DNA of 55,762 bases from a virus (lineage: Duplodnaviria > Caudoviricetes), in IMG/VR virus record IMGVR_UViG_3300012862_000041, positions 1 to 55,762 of that record, one strand, 5' to 3'. The position numbers and the translations under genes were made by a program. The notes beneath the pieces are model-generated. The model ran no database searches, was not told the origin of the DNA, and worked only from the letters and a program-made list of their open reading frames with translations. Positions 1 to 8,922 of the stretch are shown one piece after another. Numbering within the stretch: the stretch's first letter is position 1; each line of letters begins with the position of its first letter.

Positions 1-357
1 CTACTCCTCCCCGTTGGCGAGCTTGAGTAGGACATCGGCGTGGCATGGGCCATCGAGCGGACACCAGCAGGCGAGGTTCTTGCCGCGGAGCTCAGGGAGC
101 CCGCCAAGTATCTCAGCCTTGCGCTTTTCCGATTCCGGCCCTTGCCACCAGTCACGGTGCGGTCGAAGTGGCCCTAGCCAGTCTTCGAAGCAGTCCACGA
201 CGAAGGCGCGCCAATTTGTTTCGTTCGCGTAACCGCTTTCGATGGCGGCTTCTTTGGTGAACGGATTGCCGAATTTGCCGGGGCGGCAAACCTTCACAGT
301 GTTCTCTGGCATGCGCCAGCCCTTGCGGCGCGATAGCTGAATGCGCTCAGGCTTCAT
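1..357 (-). CDS. DUF4326-like phage protein
   Basis: RIQLSRRKGWRMPENT..V.RP.KFGNPF and LRGKNLACWCP...CHADVLL motifs. Confidence 0.8.
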   Translation of the reverse strand: MKPERIQLSRRKGWRMPENTVKVCRPGKFGNPFTKEAAIESGYANETNWRAFVVDCFEDWLGPLRPHRDWWQGPESEKRKAEILGGLPELRGKNLACWCPLDGPCHADVLLKLANGEE

Positions 358-560
358 TCCCCGCCTCCCTGAGATAGAGCAAGACGACCGGCGGGGGTGA
401 TATTGAAATATCCGCAGCTATCCCGGTTTGCCGTGAGCAGCCCGAGGTCGCGCAATATCTGAATAGTCCGCGCGTGTTGGCCGAACCCCACAACCCCGCC
501 GGATTTCTTTGCGGCAGTCAGGGCCCGAACCTGCGCCTTTGTCAGCTTCACCCCGCTCAT
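354..560 (-). CDS. Small hypothetical protein (winged-helix-like)
   Basis: LTKAQVRAL...ITPAGRLAL pattern; ATGA overlaps with both neighbours. Confidence 0.6.
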   Translation of the reverse strand: MSGVKLTKAQVRALTAAKKSGGVVGFGQHARTIQILRDLGLLTANRDSCGYFNITPAGRLALSQGGGE

Positions 561-1090
561 AGCGCATTCTCCTTGAGGGCCTTGTAGGCGGCATCCTGCG
601 CATCAGTGAACGGAGCTTCGGCACCGCAATCGTGCACAATCCAGCCGATCAGATGATCCAGCAAGGTGATTGCCTCGTCCCTTTCCTTCCTCAGCGCTTC
701 ATTCTCCTCGGTAAGGCGAAGGACTTGGGCGGAGAGCGTTTCGATCTTCTCAGCAACTTTGCCGCAATCCGCGCCGCTCGCGCTGCACCGTGGGCAATAC
801 ACATCGCTGTCGTCGCCAAAGCTGTCGGTCCCGCAAAGCTCGGATGAACCGAACCAACCGCACTTGTCGCATGATGCGAGGTAGTAAGGCTCCTGAACAT
901 CGAAAGAGACAATAGGGCCAGCATACCCGGCCATTTGCTTCAGGTTTTCGAGGCGAATTTCCTCCGGCGTCATCTCCGAGGGAGAAGGAGAGGCTGCGAG
1001 GTAGGCGCTGATGGCGCGCTTAAGGCTGTTCTCCATCACGAAAGATGCGCGGGCGGCTTCCATGCCCTTTTCGTCCAGTGGTGCGGTCAT
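557..1090 (-). CDS. Hypothetical protein with CxxC..CxxC zinc ribbon and coiled coil (start MTAPLDEK)
   Basis: ATG at 1090 overlaps the HNH stop (ATGA); CDKC and CPRC motifs. Confidence 0.65.
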   Translation of the reverse strand: MTAPLDEKGMEAARASFVMENSLKRAISAYLAASPSPSEMTPEEIRLENLKQMAGYAGPIVSFDVQEPYYLASCDKCGWFGSSELCGTDSFGDDSDVYCPRCSASGADCGKVAEKIETLSAQVLRLTEENEALRKERDEAITLLDHLIGWIVHDCGAEAPFTDAQDAAYKALKENAL

Positions 1091-1473
1091 GACAGAAGGC
1101 TCCATTTCTCGATGGGTCTGGTGGCGGAACGCTGTTTCGGACGGGAGGGGAAGCCAGCAGAGCGCAATGTCGGCTCTGGCCTGATGCCAAGGTGCTTTGA
1201 CCTGACGCGGGCGCTTATGGCCTTCTGTGCAACGTCCTGTTTCGTCTTCTCGCGGTGCTTGTCGCGCAGTGCGGGAAACAGGTTGCTTTCCCGATGTTCG
1301 CCGCCGTTGATCAGGGCAACCTTGTGATCCAAGTCCCATGGATCGCCGGGCATGATCTTTCGACCGGACAAATGGCACTTGCCGCCCTCGCGCTCGAAGA
1401 TGCGAAGCCGGACGCGCGGCGGCACCTTGGCGTCGTCGGTTCGGCCAATCCATTCGGGGACAGATCTAGCCAT
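1087..1473 (-). CDS. HNH endonuclease
   Basis: CHLSG...WDLDHKVALINGGEHRESNL...H motif. Confidence 0.85.
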   Translation of the reverse strand: MARSVPEWIGRTDDAKVPPRVRLRIFEREGGKCHLSGRKIMPGDPWDLDHKVALINGGEHRESNLFPALRDKHREKTKQDVAQKAISARVRSKHLGIRPEPTLRSAGFPSRPKQRSATRPIEKWSLLS

Positions 1474-1660
1474 GGTGCGCCTCAAGCGTTTCTACACGCT
1501 TTTCTAAGGCAGCGATCCGGTTGACGAGCTCATCCTTCGTCGCGCGCGGCTCCGGCAGGCAGTAGCAGCCATCGGGTCCGTACAGACCGCCCCAGCATTC
1601 CGGCAGCCAGAACTTCCCGCCCGGTACATCAGCAGCGCGAACCCAGCGGCATCTAGCCAT
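1466..1660 (-). CDS. Small Cys-containing hypothetical protein
   Basis: Overlaps both neighbours in the leftward operon. Confidence 0.55.
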   Translation of the reverse strand: MARCRWVRAADVPGGKFWLPECWGGLYGPDGCYCLPEPRATKDELVNRIAALEKRVETLEAHHG

Positions 1661-1868
1661 GTTCTGCCTCCTGCCTTCCGAGGGAGGTCAGATGAAAGCG
1701 CGGCCCATAATCGGTTTCCTCGACGCGGAGCAGCCCGGCCCGCTCCATCCGGCGAAGAGAGCGATGCCCCTCACGCGGGATCGATACATCGACGCCAGGG
1801 CAGATGCTTCCGCCTGCGTTCGATATGAGCTGCAATAGCTGGCGCTCTTGGTTGGTGAGCTTTCTCAT
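1653..1868 (-). CDS. Small winged-helix-like protein
   Basis: LRRMERAGLL...FHLTSLGR pattern; overlapping start/stop codons. Confidence 0.6.
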   Translation of the reverse strand: MRKLTNQERQLLQLISNAGGSICPGVDVSIPREGHRSLRRMERAGLLRVEETDYGPRFHLTSLGRQEAEHG

Positions 1869-2710
1869 GCTGCTGACTTCCGCTTCTGCTTGATCGTGTG
1901 ATCGATCTTGGCGATGGCGAGAATGGCAGGCTTCAACTCTGCTGGGGCGCTGTCATAGGCCATCGTGCGGCTGGCCTTTCCGCCGTTCAGACGAGGCAGC
2001 AGGCCGCGCGAAATGAGCTCCCAGTTGGAAGGGTCAGTGTTGGTCTTGTCGCCGTCCAGGCACTTGAGGCAATGGCCCTCGGGCACCGGGCCGTTTGCCT
2101 GCTCCCAGAGATAGACATGCTTGTGCACTGGCCTGGTCTTCGCGCCTGTCCAAGGGTTCACTTCATCAACTATCATCACGACATAGCCGTCTTTGCTGTC
2201 GATGCGCTCGTGACCAGGCCCGCGATAGGTGTGCGAGACGTTGCCCTTCTTAAACTGGGTCTTGCGGGCGTTCGGATGCCGCCCGCCAGTGCCGGGCGGG
2301 CAGGGCACTCCCTTATTCATCGGCACCTGCCCCTTGCTGAACTGACCGGTCCTGCCGGTCTTCCATCCCATGCGCTTGCGCAGCGCGTGGAGGTTCTGAG
2401 GGCGAACATCTTCACGCGGGAAGGCCGCGACGAACTCGCGGTGGTAATCGCTGATCGGCAGCAGGCTGTTCTTTTTGAGCCAAGCCATCTCTTCAGGGCT
2501 AAACTTGCGGTGGCGCCCTTTGTAGCGGTCGCCCTCCCGACCGGTCTTCCAGCCCTTCCGCTTGCGAAGGCCATGCAGGTTCAATGCTGAGATCTCGGGC
2601 CGATTGAACCGCTCTTGGAAGGCCGCATGATAGTCGCTGATGACCATCATGCGGTTGTCTTCCAGCCATGCGATCTCGGCGGCGCTGTAACTTATGCGTT
2701 GGCCCCTCAT
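1865..2710 (-). CDS. HNH endonuclease with duplicated N-terminal helical repeat
   Basis: Two copies of E.AWL..N....ISDYH..F...F.R......NLH.LRKR.GWKTGR; C-terminal HVYLWEQANGPVPEGH....DGDKTN....N. Confidence 0.8.
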   Translation of the reverse strand: MRGQRISYSAAEIAWLEDNRMMVISDYHAAFQERFNRPEISALNLHGLRKRKGWKTGREGDRYKGRHRKFSPEEMAWLKKNSLLPISDYHREFVAAFPREDVRPQNLHALRKRMGWKTGRTGQFSKGQVPMNKGVPCPPGTGGRHPNARKTQFKKGNVSHTYRGPGHERIDSKDGYVVMIVDEVNPWTGAKTRPVHKHVYLWEQANGPVPEGHCLKCLDGDKTNTDPSNWELISRGLLPRLNGGKASRTMAYDSAPAELKPAILAIAKIDHTIKQKRKSAA

Positions 2711-2964
2711 TCGCCCGACTCCACCGTCACGGATTTCCCGATCAGACCGGAAAGCGCGGGCCGGAAGCGGTCACCATGCTGGGCAACGAAGGTCGATGCC
2801 TTGAAGGTCAGCTCGGCATTGCGGATGATCTGGTCAGCAACGTTGACCAGGGCTTCGCCGCGCTTGGATTCGACCTCGATCTGCTCCGGCGTCAGGTCTT
2901 CGTCAGACAGGCGCTCAAGCTGGGCAAACAGGTGGTCGTTCAAATCGGAAAGCTTGTTCTTCAT
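2707..2964 (-). CDS. Conserved phage hypothetical protein
   Basis: MKNKLSDLNDHLFAQLERL family commonly found upstream of this HNH type. Confidence 0.7.
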   Translation of the reverse strand: MKNKLSDLNDHLFAQLERLSDEDLTPEQIEVESKRGEALVNVADQIIRNAELTFKASTFVAQHGDRFRPALSGLIGKSVTVESGE

Positions 2965-3058
2965 TACGCTGCCTTTCTCTGTTCAGGTCGGTCGGAAGGC
3001 GCTGGGAGATACAGACCCGCCCACTCAGGCTTGAACTGGATCTGCTCATTGCAATCAG

Positions 3059-3454
3059 TCATGCTGCCGTCCTTTCATCCTGGAACTGGACGCCGTGTTC
3101 AGCACCGAATTTAAAGATCAGCTCGATAAGCCCCGTCATCTCGTCCTTCGACAGGTCAGATGATGACTGGCCCCAAGGCACAAAGCCGTGGCCGTCGAGG
3201 CTGGGCAGCAGCGTGATTTCCTGCCCCAGCGCGTGAAGGAAGATCACCTTCCACTGGTCAGGCGTGAACTTCTTCCCACCGAGCATTGCCTGCTGCGACA
3301 CATCGGTGAGCATGGCCCACATGCGGTCGTTTTGGGGGAGGGAGCGCTTGACCTCTTTGAACTCGACGCGAGTGCCGAGCGGGACACCTTGCGCCCAACG
3401 CTGGACCTTCTCGCGGTCGGCTCTGCTATTGATGATGACGGTTGCGCGGCTCAT
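3059..3454 (-). CDS. ninB: NinB/Orf-like recombination protein
   Basis: KRSLPQNDRMWAMLTDVSQQ and SSSDLSKDEMTGLIELI..FGAEHGVQF motifs. Confidence 0.85.
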   Translation of the reverse strand: MSRATVIINSRADREKVQRWAQGVPLGTRVEFKEVKRSLPQNDRMWAMLTDVSQQAMLGGKKFTPDQWKVIFLHALGQEITLLPSLDGHGFVPWGQSSSDLSKDEMTGLIELIFKFGAEHGVQFQDERTAA

Positions 3455-3693
3455 GGGACAAGGGCCCCACTGCAAGCCACAAACGCATCACGATAGAGCG
3501 CCCGGCAATCTGCCTGTGCATCCAACGGCAAGCGCATGAACGCTGCTGAGAGCATCAGCTCATTGCCTTTGCGGAGCTTGTCGCTGTCCCGTTCATCGCG
3601 GGCCTGACGCAAGATCGTCTGCGCATCGGTGATCAGAGAGGCTTGGGCTTCTATGGTCATCAGAAAAATCCTGCGGGTTACTGGTTTAGCCAT
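3451..3693 (-). CDS. Hypothetical protein
   Basis: ATGA overlap with ninB start; true start may be 3660. Confidence 0.5.
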   Translation of the reverse strand: MAKPVTRRIFLMTIEAQASLITDAQTILRQARDERDSDKLRKGNELMLSAAFMRLPLDAQADCRALYRDAFVACSGALVP

Positions 3694-3726
3694 TGGCCCG
3701 CAGGCCCCTTTGGAGGTGGGAACTGG

Positions 3727-4617
3727 TTATTCAGCCGCCTGCTGCGGCACATGATCGAAATCGGGCGGCACATAGTCCGCCGGAGGGCCGTCATTGAACG
3801 GGAAGCCGTCATCGTCCTGCATGGCGGCGCGTTCTTCCAATTCAGCCGCTTTGTCTGACCGCTCATTGACCAGCGACTGGCGCCAGTCTTTCGGCAGGCT
3901 GTCGAACGCCTCATTGACGTTCCGGGCTCGCCAAAAGCGATTGAAGGCGTCCATGTCGGCAATCTCGCGATTGGCCTTGGACAAGCGGTCGTATGTCTCT
4001 CGACTGGCTGCCTTTGAGGCAGGCTGCTGCTCCTGATGGCGCGGCGCCGGATCAGCCTTCCGACCAACCTCTTGCGCGTCGTCGTCATGCGCAGCAGCAA
4101 TGCCGACAGCGGCCTTCAGGGTGTAGCGCTGCAAATAGGTGACGGCGCTACCGATGGCCTGGATTGGGTTCTTGTTTCCTGAGCCATCGATTGGCCCGAC
4201 CAAGCTCGTTTCCTCGAAGTGGCCAGCTCGGTGAGTGATGCGGCAAGTCACCTTGACGCCGCCCTGCACATTGTCCGTGTACCAGCGAAAAGACAGGCCA
4301 ACCGATGACATCGGCTCTGCTAGCGCCTCGGTGATTTCAGCCAAGTCCTCGAACTTGTAGTTCGTGCGGCCCTTTGTGGTGGTGAAATCCACCTCGCGGC
4401 TTTTCGTGATCTTGGGCAAGTTCGACCGCAGATCGGCCATTGCATCGTCAAAAGCCTTGCGAGCCTCGAATGCGTGGTGGCGCTCTTGGAGGGCAAGAAG
4501 CCGTTCCATGACTTCGACGCCGCTTCCCTGCTGGATAGCCTGTTGGATCATCTCGGCGGGTGTGATGATGGTCGGGACACGAGCCTCGACCGCTTCCACT
4601 TTCTGAACAGCGCCCAT
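3727..4617 (-). CDS. erf: ERF-family single-strand annealing protein
   Basis: YKFEDL...ITHRAGHFEET...QAIGSAVTYLQRYTLKAAVGIAAAHDDDA signature. Confidence 0.9.
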   Translation of the reverse strand: MGAVQKVEAVEARVPTIITPAEMIQQAIQQGSGVEVMERLLALQERHHAFEARKAFDDAMADLRSNLPKITKSREVDFTTTKGRTNYKFEDLAEITEALAEPMSSVGLSFRWYTDNVQGGVKVTCRITHRAGHFEETSLVGPIDGSGNKNPIQAIGSAVTYLQRYTLKAAVGIAAAHDDDAQEVGRKADPAPRHQEQQPASKAASRETYDRLSKANREIADMDAFNRFWRARNVNEAFDSLPKDWRQSLVNERSDKAAELEERAAMQDDDGFPFNDGPPADYVPPDFDHVPQQAAE

Positions 4618-4618
4618 G

Positions 4619-5560
4619 TCAGAACATCCTGTCGATGATTTCGACCAGATATGCGGAGTTGACTTTTTCGGGGTCGTTTTCGCGCAGCTTGGTCATGAGT
4701 TGGAGGAAGTAGGCGCTATCGACGCCGGTAAGTTGGTCCTCAAGAACCTTAGGGTCGGTCAGGTCCAGTTCGGAAACCTGCATGACCATCTTGAGGATTT
4801 GGCCTGCATTGACCGTCCACCCTCGCGCAATGAACTTGCGGAGACGAATGATCGAGCAGACCGGATATTTGCTCCCGACGTAGCGCAGCTCCTTGGACAG
4901 CAGTGCTTCAAGCGCGGGCTGTCGCAGCACCAGTTCATTGCCCCAGCTTGTCCAGTAATTGGTGCAGTGGATGAAATCGTAGTTTTCGTGGATGACGTCG
5001 GGCTCGCCATAGAAGCGCAGCACGATCTGGACGCGATGGCTCAGGGTGATAGCGTTCGATGACATGAACACAGGCCGGTATTGCGGCTTGCCGTCATCCT
5101 CGGCTTCGAGGGCAAGAGCCTCGGTTCCCTGATAGGCGTCCTCGATCTCGCCAGCGTCTCCCATGACTTCACCGACATAGCCGTCTGCCTCGTCGGCGGC
5201 GCGGCTCTCGAAATACTCATACGGGGCTTCGGCGCCATCCTCGCTGGCGATGCCTGCGGACTTGATCACGACCTTGATGCGGCCTTCGGTGTCATCCACG
5301 TAGATCTTGCAAGGGATGCCCTTGGCGCTCTTCGTCTCGAACCGCTTCACATAGTATTCGGCAACGGCCTTGGTGGTGGCGTGGTCTCGGAAATAGATGT
5401 CGAAGTCGTTGACCGGCTCGCGCAGGAGCATGGAAGCGATAGCGCCACCGGTGACGATGGTGTTCTTGGCGGCCATCTCGCGCACTGCCTCGTCCTCAAT
5501 CGAGGTGAGCCATTGATCGACCTTGGCGCGGATAACCTTTTTGATGGTCTTGGCTTTCAT
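4619..5560 (-). CDS. Putative nucleotidyltransferase (Pol-beta fold, CCA/poly(A) polymerase-like)
   Basis: IVTGGAIASMLLREPVNDFDIYF (hGG-x-DhDh), later YDF..C and IIRLRKFIARGW; start MKAKTIKK coupled by TGATG. Confidence 0.65.
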   Translation of the reverse strand: MKAKTIKKVIRAKVDQWLTSIEDEAVREMAAKNTIVTGGAIASMLLREPVNDFDIYFRDHATTKAVAEYYVKRFETKSAKGIPCKIYVDDTEGRIKVVIKSAGIASEDGAEAPYEYFESRAADEADGYVGEVMGDAGEIEDAYQGTEALALEAEDDGKPQYRPVFMSSNAITLSHRVQIVLRFYGEPDVIHENYDFIHCTNYWTSWGNELVLRQPALEALLSKELRYVGSKYPVCSIIRLRKFIARGWTVNAGQILKMVMQVSELDLTDPKVLEDQLTGVDSAYFLQLMTKLRENDPEKVNSAYLVEIIDRMF

Positions 5561-6300
5561 CAGATTGCGACCTTCTGCTCGGTGATGTTGAAACCTTCGA
5601 TCTGTCGGACACCTGAATGCGCGGCCTGCTGCGCGAGGGTCTGGGCTAGATCGACAAAGGCTTGCGGGTCGCGCTTCCACATGGTGGCGACGGCGGTTCG
5701 CTGATCGACCATCTCGGCAACCCACTTGGTGCGCAGGCCTGTTCCGACCGTCGCGGCCTTGGTAGCCTTCTTTGCGATCTTCTCAGCGGCCTCTGCGGCG
5801 GCAACCTGCTGCTCTGCCTGCTCACGGGCCTCAAGGTTGCCAGAGGACGCCCGCATGGCCTCCTGTGCGGCGGCGCGCTCGGCCTCGGCCGCTTTGCGGG
5901 CAGCTTCGGCAATGGCGGCGGCTTCGGCGGCTTTCTTGGCCTTATACCGGGTTCGGATCGGCGCAAGGGCGGCGCGGGCTAGAGGCACTTTGCCCTTGCC
6001 CGCCTTAGTGTCGCCAATCAGCGGGTGGAACTTGGCCTGAATGGCCTTGATCTGCTCGTCCAGCGGCTCCTTCTCAGCGGAGCGCAGTGCGTCAGCTTCC
6101 TGACCAGCCTTGAGCAAAGCCTTGTCCAGCGTATCGAGCGCGGCATCCTGATCATCGTTTTCAATGTCAGTGCCATCAGCCCAATTCTTGGCCTCGTCGT
6201 AGAGGCTTTCGATTTCGCCAGCGATCAGGTCGAACGGGGACATGTTGCCACCCGGCTTGATCCGGTCATTGCCAGTCGTGGAAAGTGCGGTAGCGGACAT
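5560..6300 (-). CDS. Coiled-coil phage protein of recombination module
   Basis: Ala/Lys/Glu-rich helix, C-terminal IEGFNITEQKVA; GGAGG RBS. Confidence 0.7.
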   Translation of the reverse strand: MSATALSTTGNDRIKPGGNMSPFDLIAGEIESLYDEAKNWADGTDIENDDQDAALDTLDKALLKAGQEADALRSAEKEPLDEQIKAIQAKFHPLIGDTKAGKGKVPLARAALAPIRTRYKAKKAAEAAAIAEAARKAAEAERAAAQEAMRASSGNLEAREQAEQQVAAAEAAEKIAKKATKAATVGTGLRTKWVAEMVDQRTAVATMWKRDPQAFVDLAQTLAQQAAHSGVRQIEGFNITEQKVAI

Positions 6301-6301
6301 A

Positions 6302-6430
6302 TCAGCCTCCGTACCTGGCCCATTCGGCCAGAATGAAAATGGGTGGTGAGATCAGAGCCATCAGAAGCAGCAGCCCTAGAGCGTCTGCTATCTGGCGGCG
6401 GATGGCGTAGGGGGCGATGTTTTCCATCAT
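6302..6430 (-). CDS. 42-aa single-TM peptide (MMENIAPYAIRRQIADALGLLLLMALISPPIFILAEWARYGG)
   Basis: Own translation; AGGAG RBS; stop lies just before the next start. Confidence 0.5.
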   Translation of the reverse strand: MMENIAPYAIRRQIADALGLLLLMALISPPIFILAEWARYGG

Positions 6431-6579
6431 CTATCTCCTGCCCACCTGGGCGAGTGTTTGGGGTTTTCCTGCCTTCTCAGCGTCTGATTGCTGGCCAGAG
6501 GCGGTTGCGATGCGCAGGGCAAGGAGAGGGTCTTCGTGACGGGTCCAAGCCAGCTGCGCTATGTCGTGGGGGGTGGGGT

Positions 6580-6882
6580 TCATGGCGCGTCCTGTGCCGC
6601 TATAGCGCGATCAAACAGGGCCATGATGTCGGCGTGGGTAGTGGCAGGGTCGTCGTTGAACTGCGCAACGGGACAGTTCCAGTCACTGGGGTCCGGTGCG
6701 TAATCGACCGGCAAAAATCGACCCAACAGATGATGATCTGCATCATCGAAGTCCGTTTCATACGCCACATCAGTCAGCGCATCGACGGCGCAGAAGCAAT
6801 CCCGGTCCGGCCCCTTGCCCCACTTCTCCGGCGTATCGATCAGCGCCCTTGCGGCGATCAGGTTTTCTTTGACGGTTGCCAT
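6580..6882 (-). CDS. DUF6197-like phage protein
   Basis: LIAARALI..PEKW.KG...FCAVDAL...FNDDPATTHADIMALFDRAI. Confidence 0.65.
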   Translation of the reverse strand: MATVKENLIAARALIDTPEKWGKGPDRDCFCAVDALTDVAYETDFDDADHHLLGRFLPVDYAPDPSDWNCPVAQFNDDPATTHADIMALFDRAIAAQDAP

Positions 6883-6887
6883 CGGTT

Positions 6888-7313
6888 CTACTCCGCTGCC
6901 ACTGCATAAGGAGCCGAGAGCATTGCGCAGAAGGCGTCCGTAGCGACCTCAAGCGACACAGGGCGGCGCTCGGTGGACCGATACATATGCTCGGTCTTGC
7001 GGTGCTCAGCGGCTCGGCGCAGCCATGCCTTGGAATAGCCGGGGAGGCCCTTGATCTGACCTTCGCGGACAGTGGCCAGTTCAGCGGCCCGCTTTGCCCG
7101 CCAGTGGCGAGAGGACGTGAGCTGATCGACCATCTGGCCATGACCTTCCCAGCCATTGCGATTGATCGGCTGCTCAAGGCTCTTGGAATAGGCGGTGAGT
7201 GCGATGTAGCGCGGGTCCGACTGAACCTTATCGCGCATGGCGACCCAAGCGCGGCTGTCGGCTTCGATCTTGTCCAGTGCGGATTGAATAGCGCTGTGCA
7301 TCTGTCTCTCCAT
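6888..7313 (-). CDS. Hypothetical protein, first gene of the pL operon
   Basis: ORF directly downstream of the pL promoter. Confidence 0.6.
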   Translation of the reverse strand: MERQMHSAIQSALDKIEADSRAWVAMRDKVQSDPRYIALTAYSKSLEQPINRNGWEGHGQMVDQLTSSRHWRAKRAAELATVREGQIKGLPGYSKAWLRRAAEHRKTEHMYRSTERRPVSLEVATDAFCAMLSAPYAVAAE

Positions 7314-7377
7314 CCTTGAGGAGATCAGCGCTGCTGCCTCGTTTGGGGCAGGGCTTCTTCGTCCTCGGTATAGCTAG

Positions 7378-7432
7378 ACTATGCGATAATCGCACAGATG
7401 CGTCAAGCATCAAGTGTGCGAAAAATGCACAG
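7378..7432 (-). promoter_or_regulatory. pL promoter with two repressor operators (OL)
   Basis: TTGACG(7406-7401)-17 nt-CATAGT(7383-7378); 19-bp quasi-palindromes CTATGCGATAATCGCACAG (7379-7397) and GTGTGCGAAAAATGCACAG (7414-7432) match the sites at cI/cro. Confidence 0.8.
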
Positions 7433-7505
7433 ATGCGATTTTGTTAAGGCCCGTTTACGAATCGCTATCGACTCGCGGTCGGTTCTTTGGTTTGAATGAT
7501 AAGGA

Positions 7506-7520
7506 GAACAAACAAGGAAC
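7506..7520 (+). promoter_or_regulatory. Alphaproteobacterial LexA (SOS) box
   Basis: GAAC-AAACAAG-GAAC, exact GAAC-N7-GAAC, 7 nt before ATG 7528. Confidence 0.75.
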
Positions 7521-7527
7521 AAATGAG

Positions 7528-7764
7528 ATGTTCGAAGGTACGCAAGGATCGCGGATTTTCATCGTCCATTGCCATTGCGCGAATTGCCAGCGACCGAGCG
7601 CCCGGCGAGTGGCTGTGCCTCCAGTAGAGAATGCGCCGGCAACGGTGGAGGCGTTTATCGAGGCGATGGAACACAACCCCATTCCGTTCGTCTGCCGTCA
7701 CTGCGAAAGCCTGATAGGCGAGCTCGTGGGGGTGACTATGGAGCGCGAAGATGAGCCAGCATGA
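7528..7764 (+). CDS. Small zinc-binding protein (CHCANC...CRHC)
   Basis: Two CxxC pairs; first gene of a three-gene operon. Confidence 0.7.
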   Translation: MFEGTQGSRIFIVHCHCANCQRPSARRVAVPPVENAPATVEAFIEAMEHNPIPFVCRHCESLIGELVGVTMEREDEPA

Positions 7765-8065
7765 AGTGAGCGAATTCATCGTGGTTGCGCCCGCGATGCT
7801 TGGCAGGGCTGTCGAGTGGGCAGAGCCGAGGCTTCTCGAATATCTCGGTGATCAGTTTCCTGATTACCGCTTTCGCATAGAGCCTTATGGGCCGTTTGCC
7901 GACGACGAGGAATTCACGGTGCTGCCCATCATGAACCGCGCGGCCGCGCCGGGCGAAACTGCGCGCGACGACGACATCATCATGTGCAGTCTCAACCCGC
8001 AGTCAATTCCGCAGATCCAGCAGGCTTTGCGCTCATTCGATCCAGACAAGACCAGGAGCCACTGA
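7751..8065 (+). CDS. Hypothetical protein
   Basis: Overlaps upstream gene; TGATG coupling downstream. Confidence 0.7.
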   Translation: MSQHEVSEFIVVAPAMLGRAVEWAEPRLLEYLGDQFPDYRFRIEPYGPFADDEEFTVLPIMNRAAAPGETARDDDIIMCSLNPQSIPQIQQALRSFDPDKTRSH

Positions 8066-8322
8066 TGCAAGTCGCACGAGTAGATAACAACAGCCGGGTC
8101 ACCCACTATGTGGTGCAGGCCTATCGGAAGATGGGGAAGCGGATCGTGCCGGATGAGCCAAAGGTGGCCGCCGACGAGCGCCAATGCCTGCGCATGGCAG
8201 AAGCGGCAGCTGGTCGCAGGCACTCAGTCATCGCGTTCTCGCGCACTGGCGATGCTGACACCGGAGATTTCGATGATCCGGTGATCTTGGCAACGCATGG
8301 TGAAGTGCCGGATATGGGGTAG
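8065..8322 (+). CDS. Hypothetical protein (MQVARVD...VIAFSRTGDADTGDFDDPVILATHGEVP)
   Basis: TGATG coupling at 8063-8067. Confidence 0.7.
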   Translation: MQVARVDNNSRVTHYVVQAYRKMGKRIVPDEPKVAADERQCLRMAEAAAGRRHSVIAFSRTGDADTGDFDDPVILATHGEVPDMG

Positions 8323-8506
8323 GCGGATCCAGCAAGATCGAAGCCGTAGATTGTATGGCGCCGACGTTGATGTGATGACGCTTCTCCCAACCTGCCAGCA
8401 TGAAAATGCCTCCAGATGCCGATTTACCCATCTGGAGGCGTTTTCTGTAAGGGGCAACCGAATCCCATCCGAAATGGGCTTCGCAATGAAGGCTCATTGC
8501 GCCCGA

Positions 8507-8755
8507 CTATTTTTCATCGCACTGAAATTTTGGATCGTCACATGGGTTGTTACCGAACCCCAAGGGGATGCCGCCCGGAGGCAGCGCCTCACCTCGCCAT
8601 TTGCCGTCATCACATGTTTGTCCGTTTGATGCTGTGCCGCCATGGTCTGTCGAGAGGCCCTCGAGTTCGCAATGCTTGTAATCTTCATGTGCAATGGCAT
8701 GCGAACATGGGCTCATTGTCAGCGCGATAATTACCGATAGACGGAAGAATTTCAT
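8507..8755 (-). CDS. Small exported Cys-rich protein
   Basis: Signal-peptide-like N-terminus, 4 Cys in mature part, AAGGAG RBS. Confidence 0.55.
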   Translation of the reverse strand: MKFFRLSVIIALTMSPCSHAIAHEDYKHCELEGLSTDHGGTASNGQTCDDGKWRGEALPPGGIPLGFGNNPCDDPKFQCDEK

Positions 8756-8922
8756 AATTCGCTCCTTTCACTCGAACAAACATTGCAGGGCGAACTGAGC
8801 TGTTAAGTTAGATGCTGACCAAGTCCGTGAGGTTCAGGATATTCAAGACGGCTTTCGTGCATCAAATTGTATCAGGCAAAGAAAAAGCCGCGGTGGTGGG
8901 CCGGGGCTTTCGCGTGAATGGA

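Noticed and set aside
557-1453. Long N-terminal extensions in the ORF track (557-1453, 4619-5725, 11493-12422, 17474-18082, 44146-45009)
   Set aside because: They overlap neighbouring real genes; internal starts with stop/start coupling or RBS fit better
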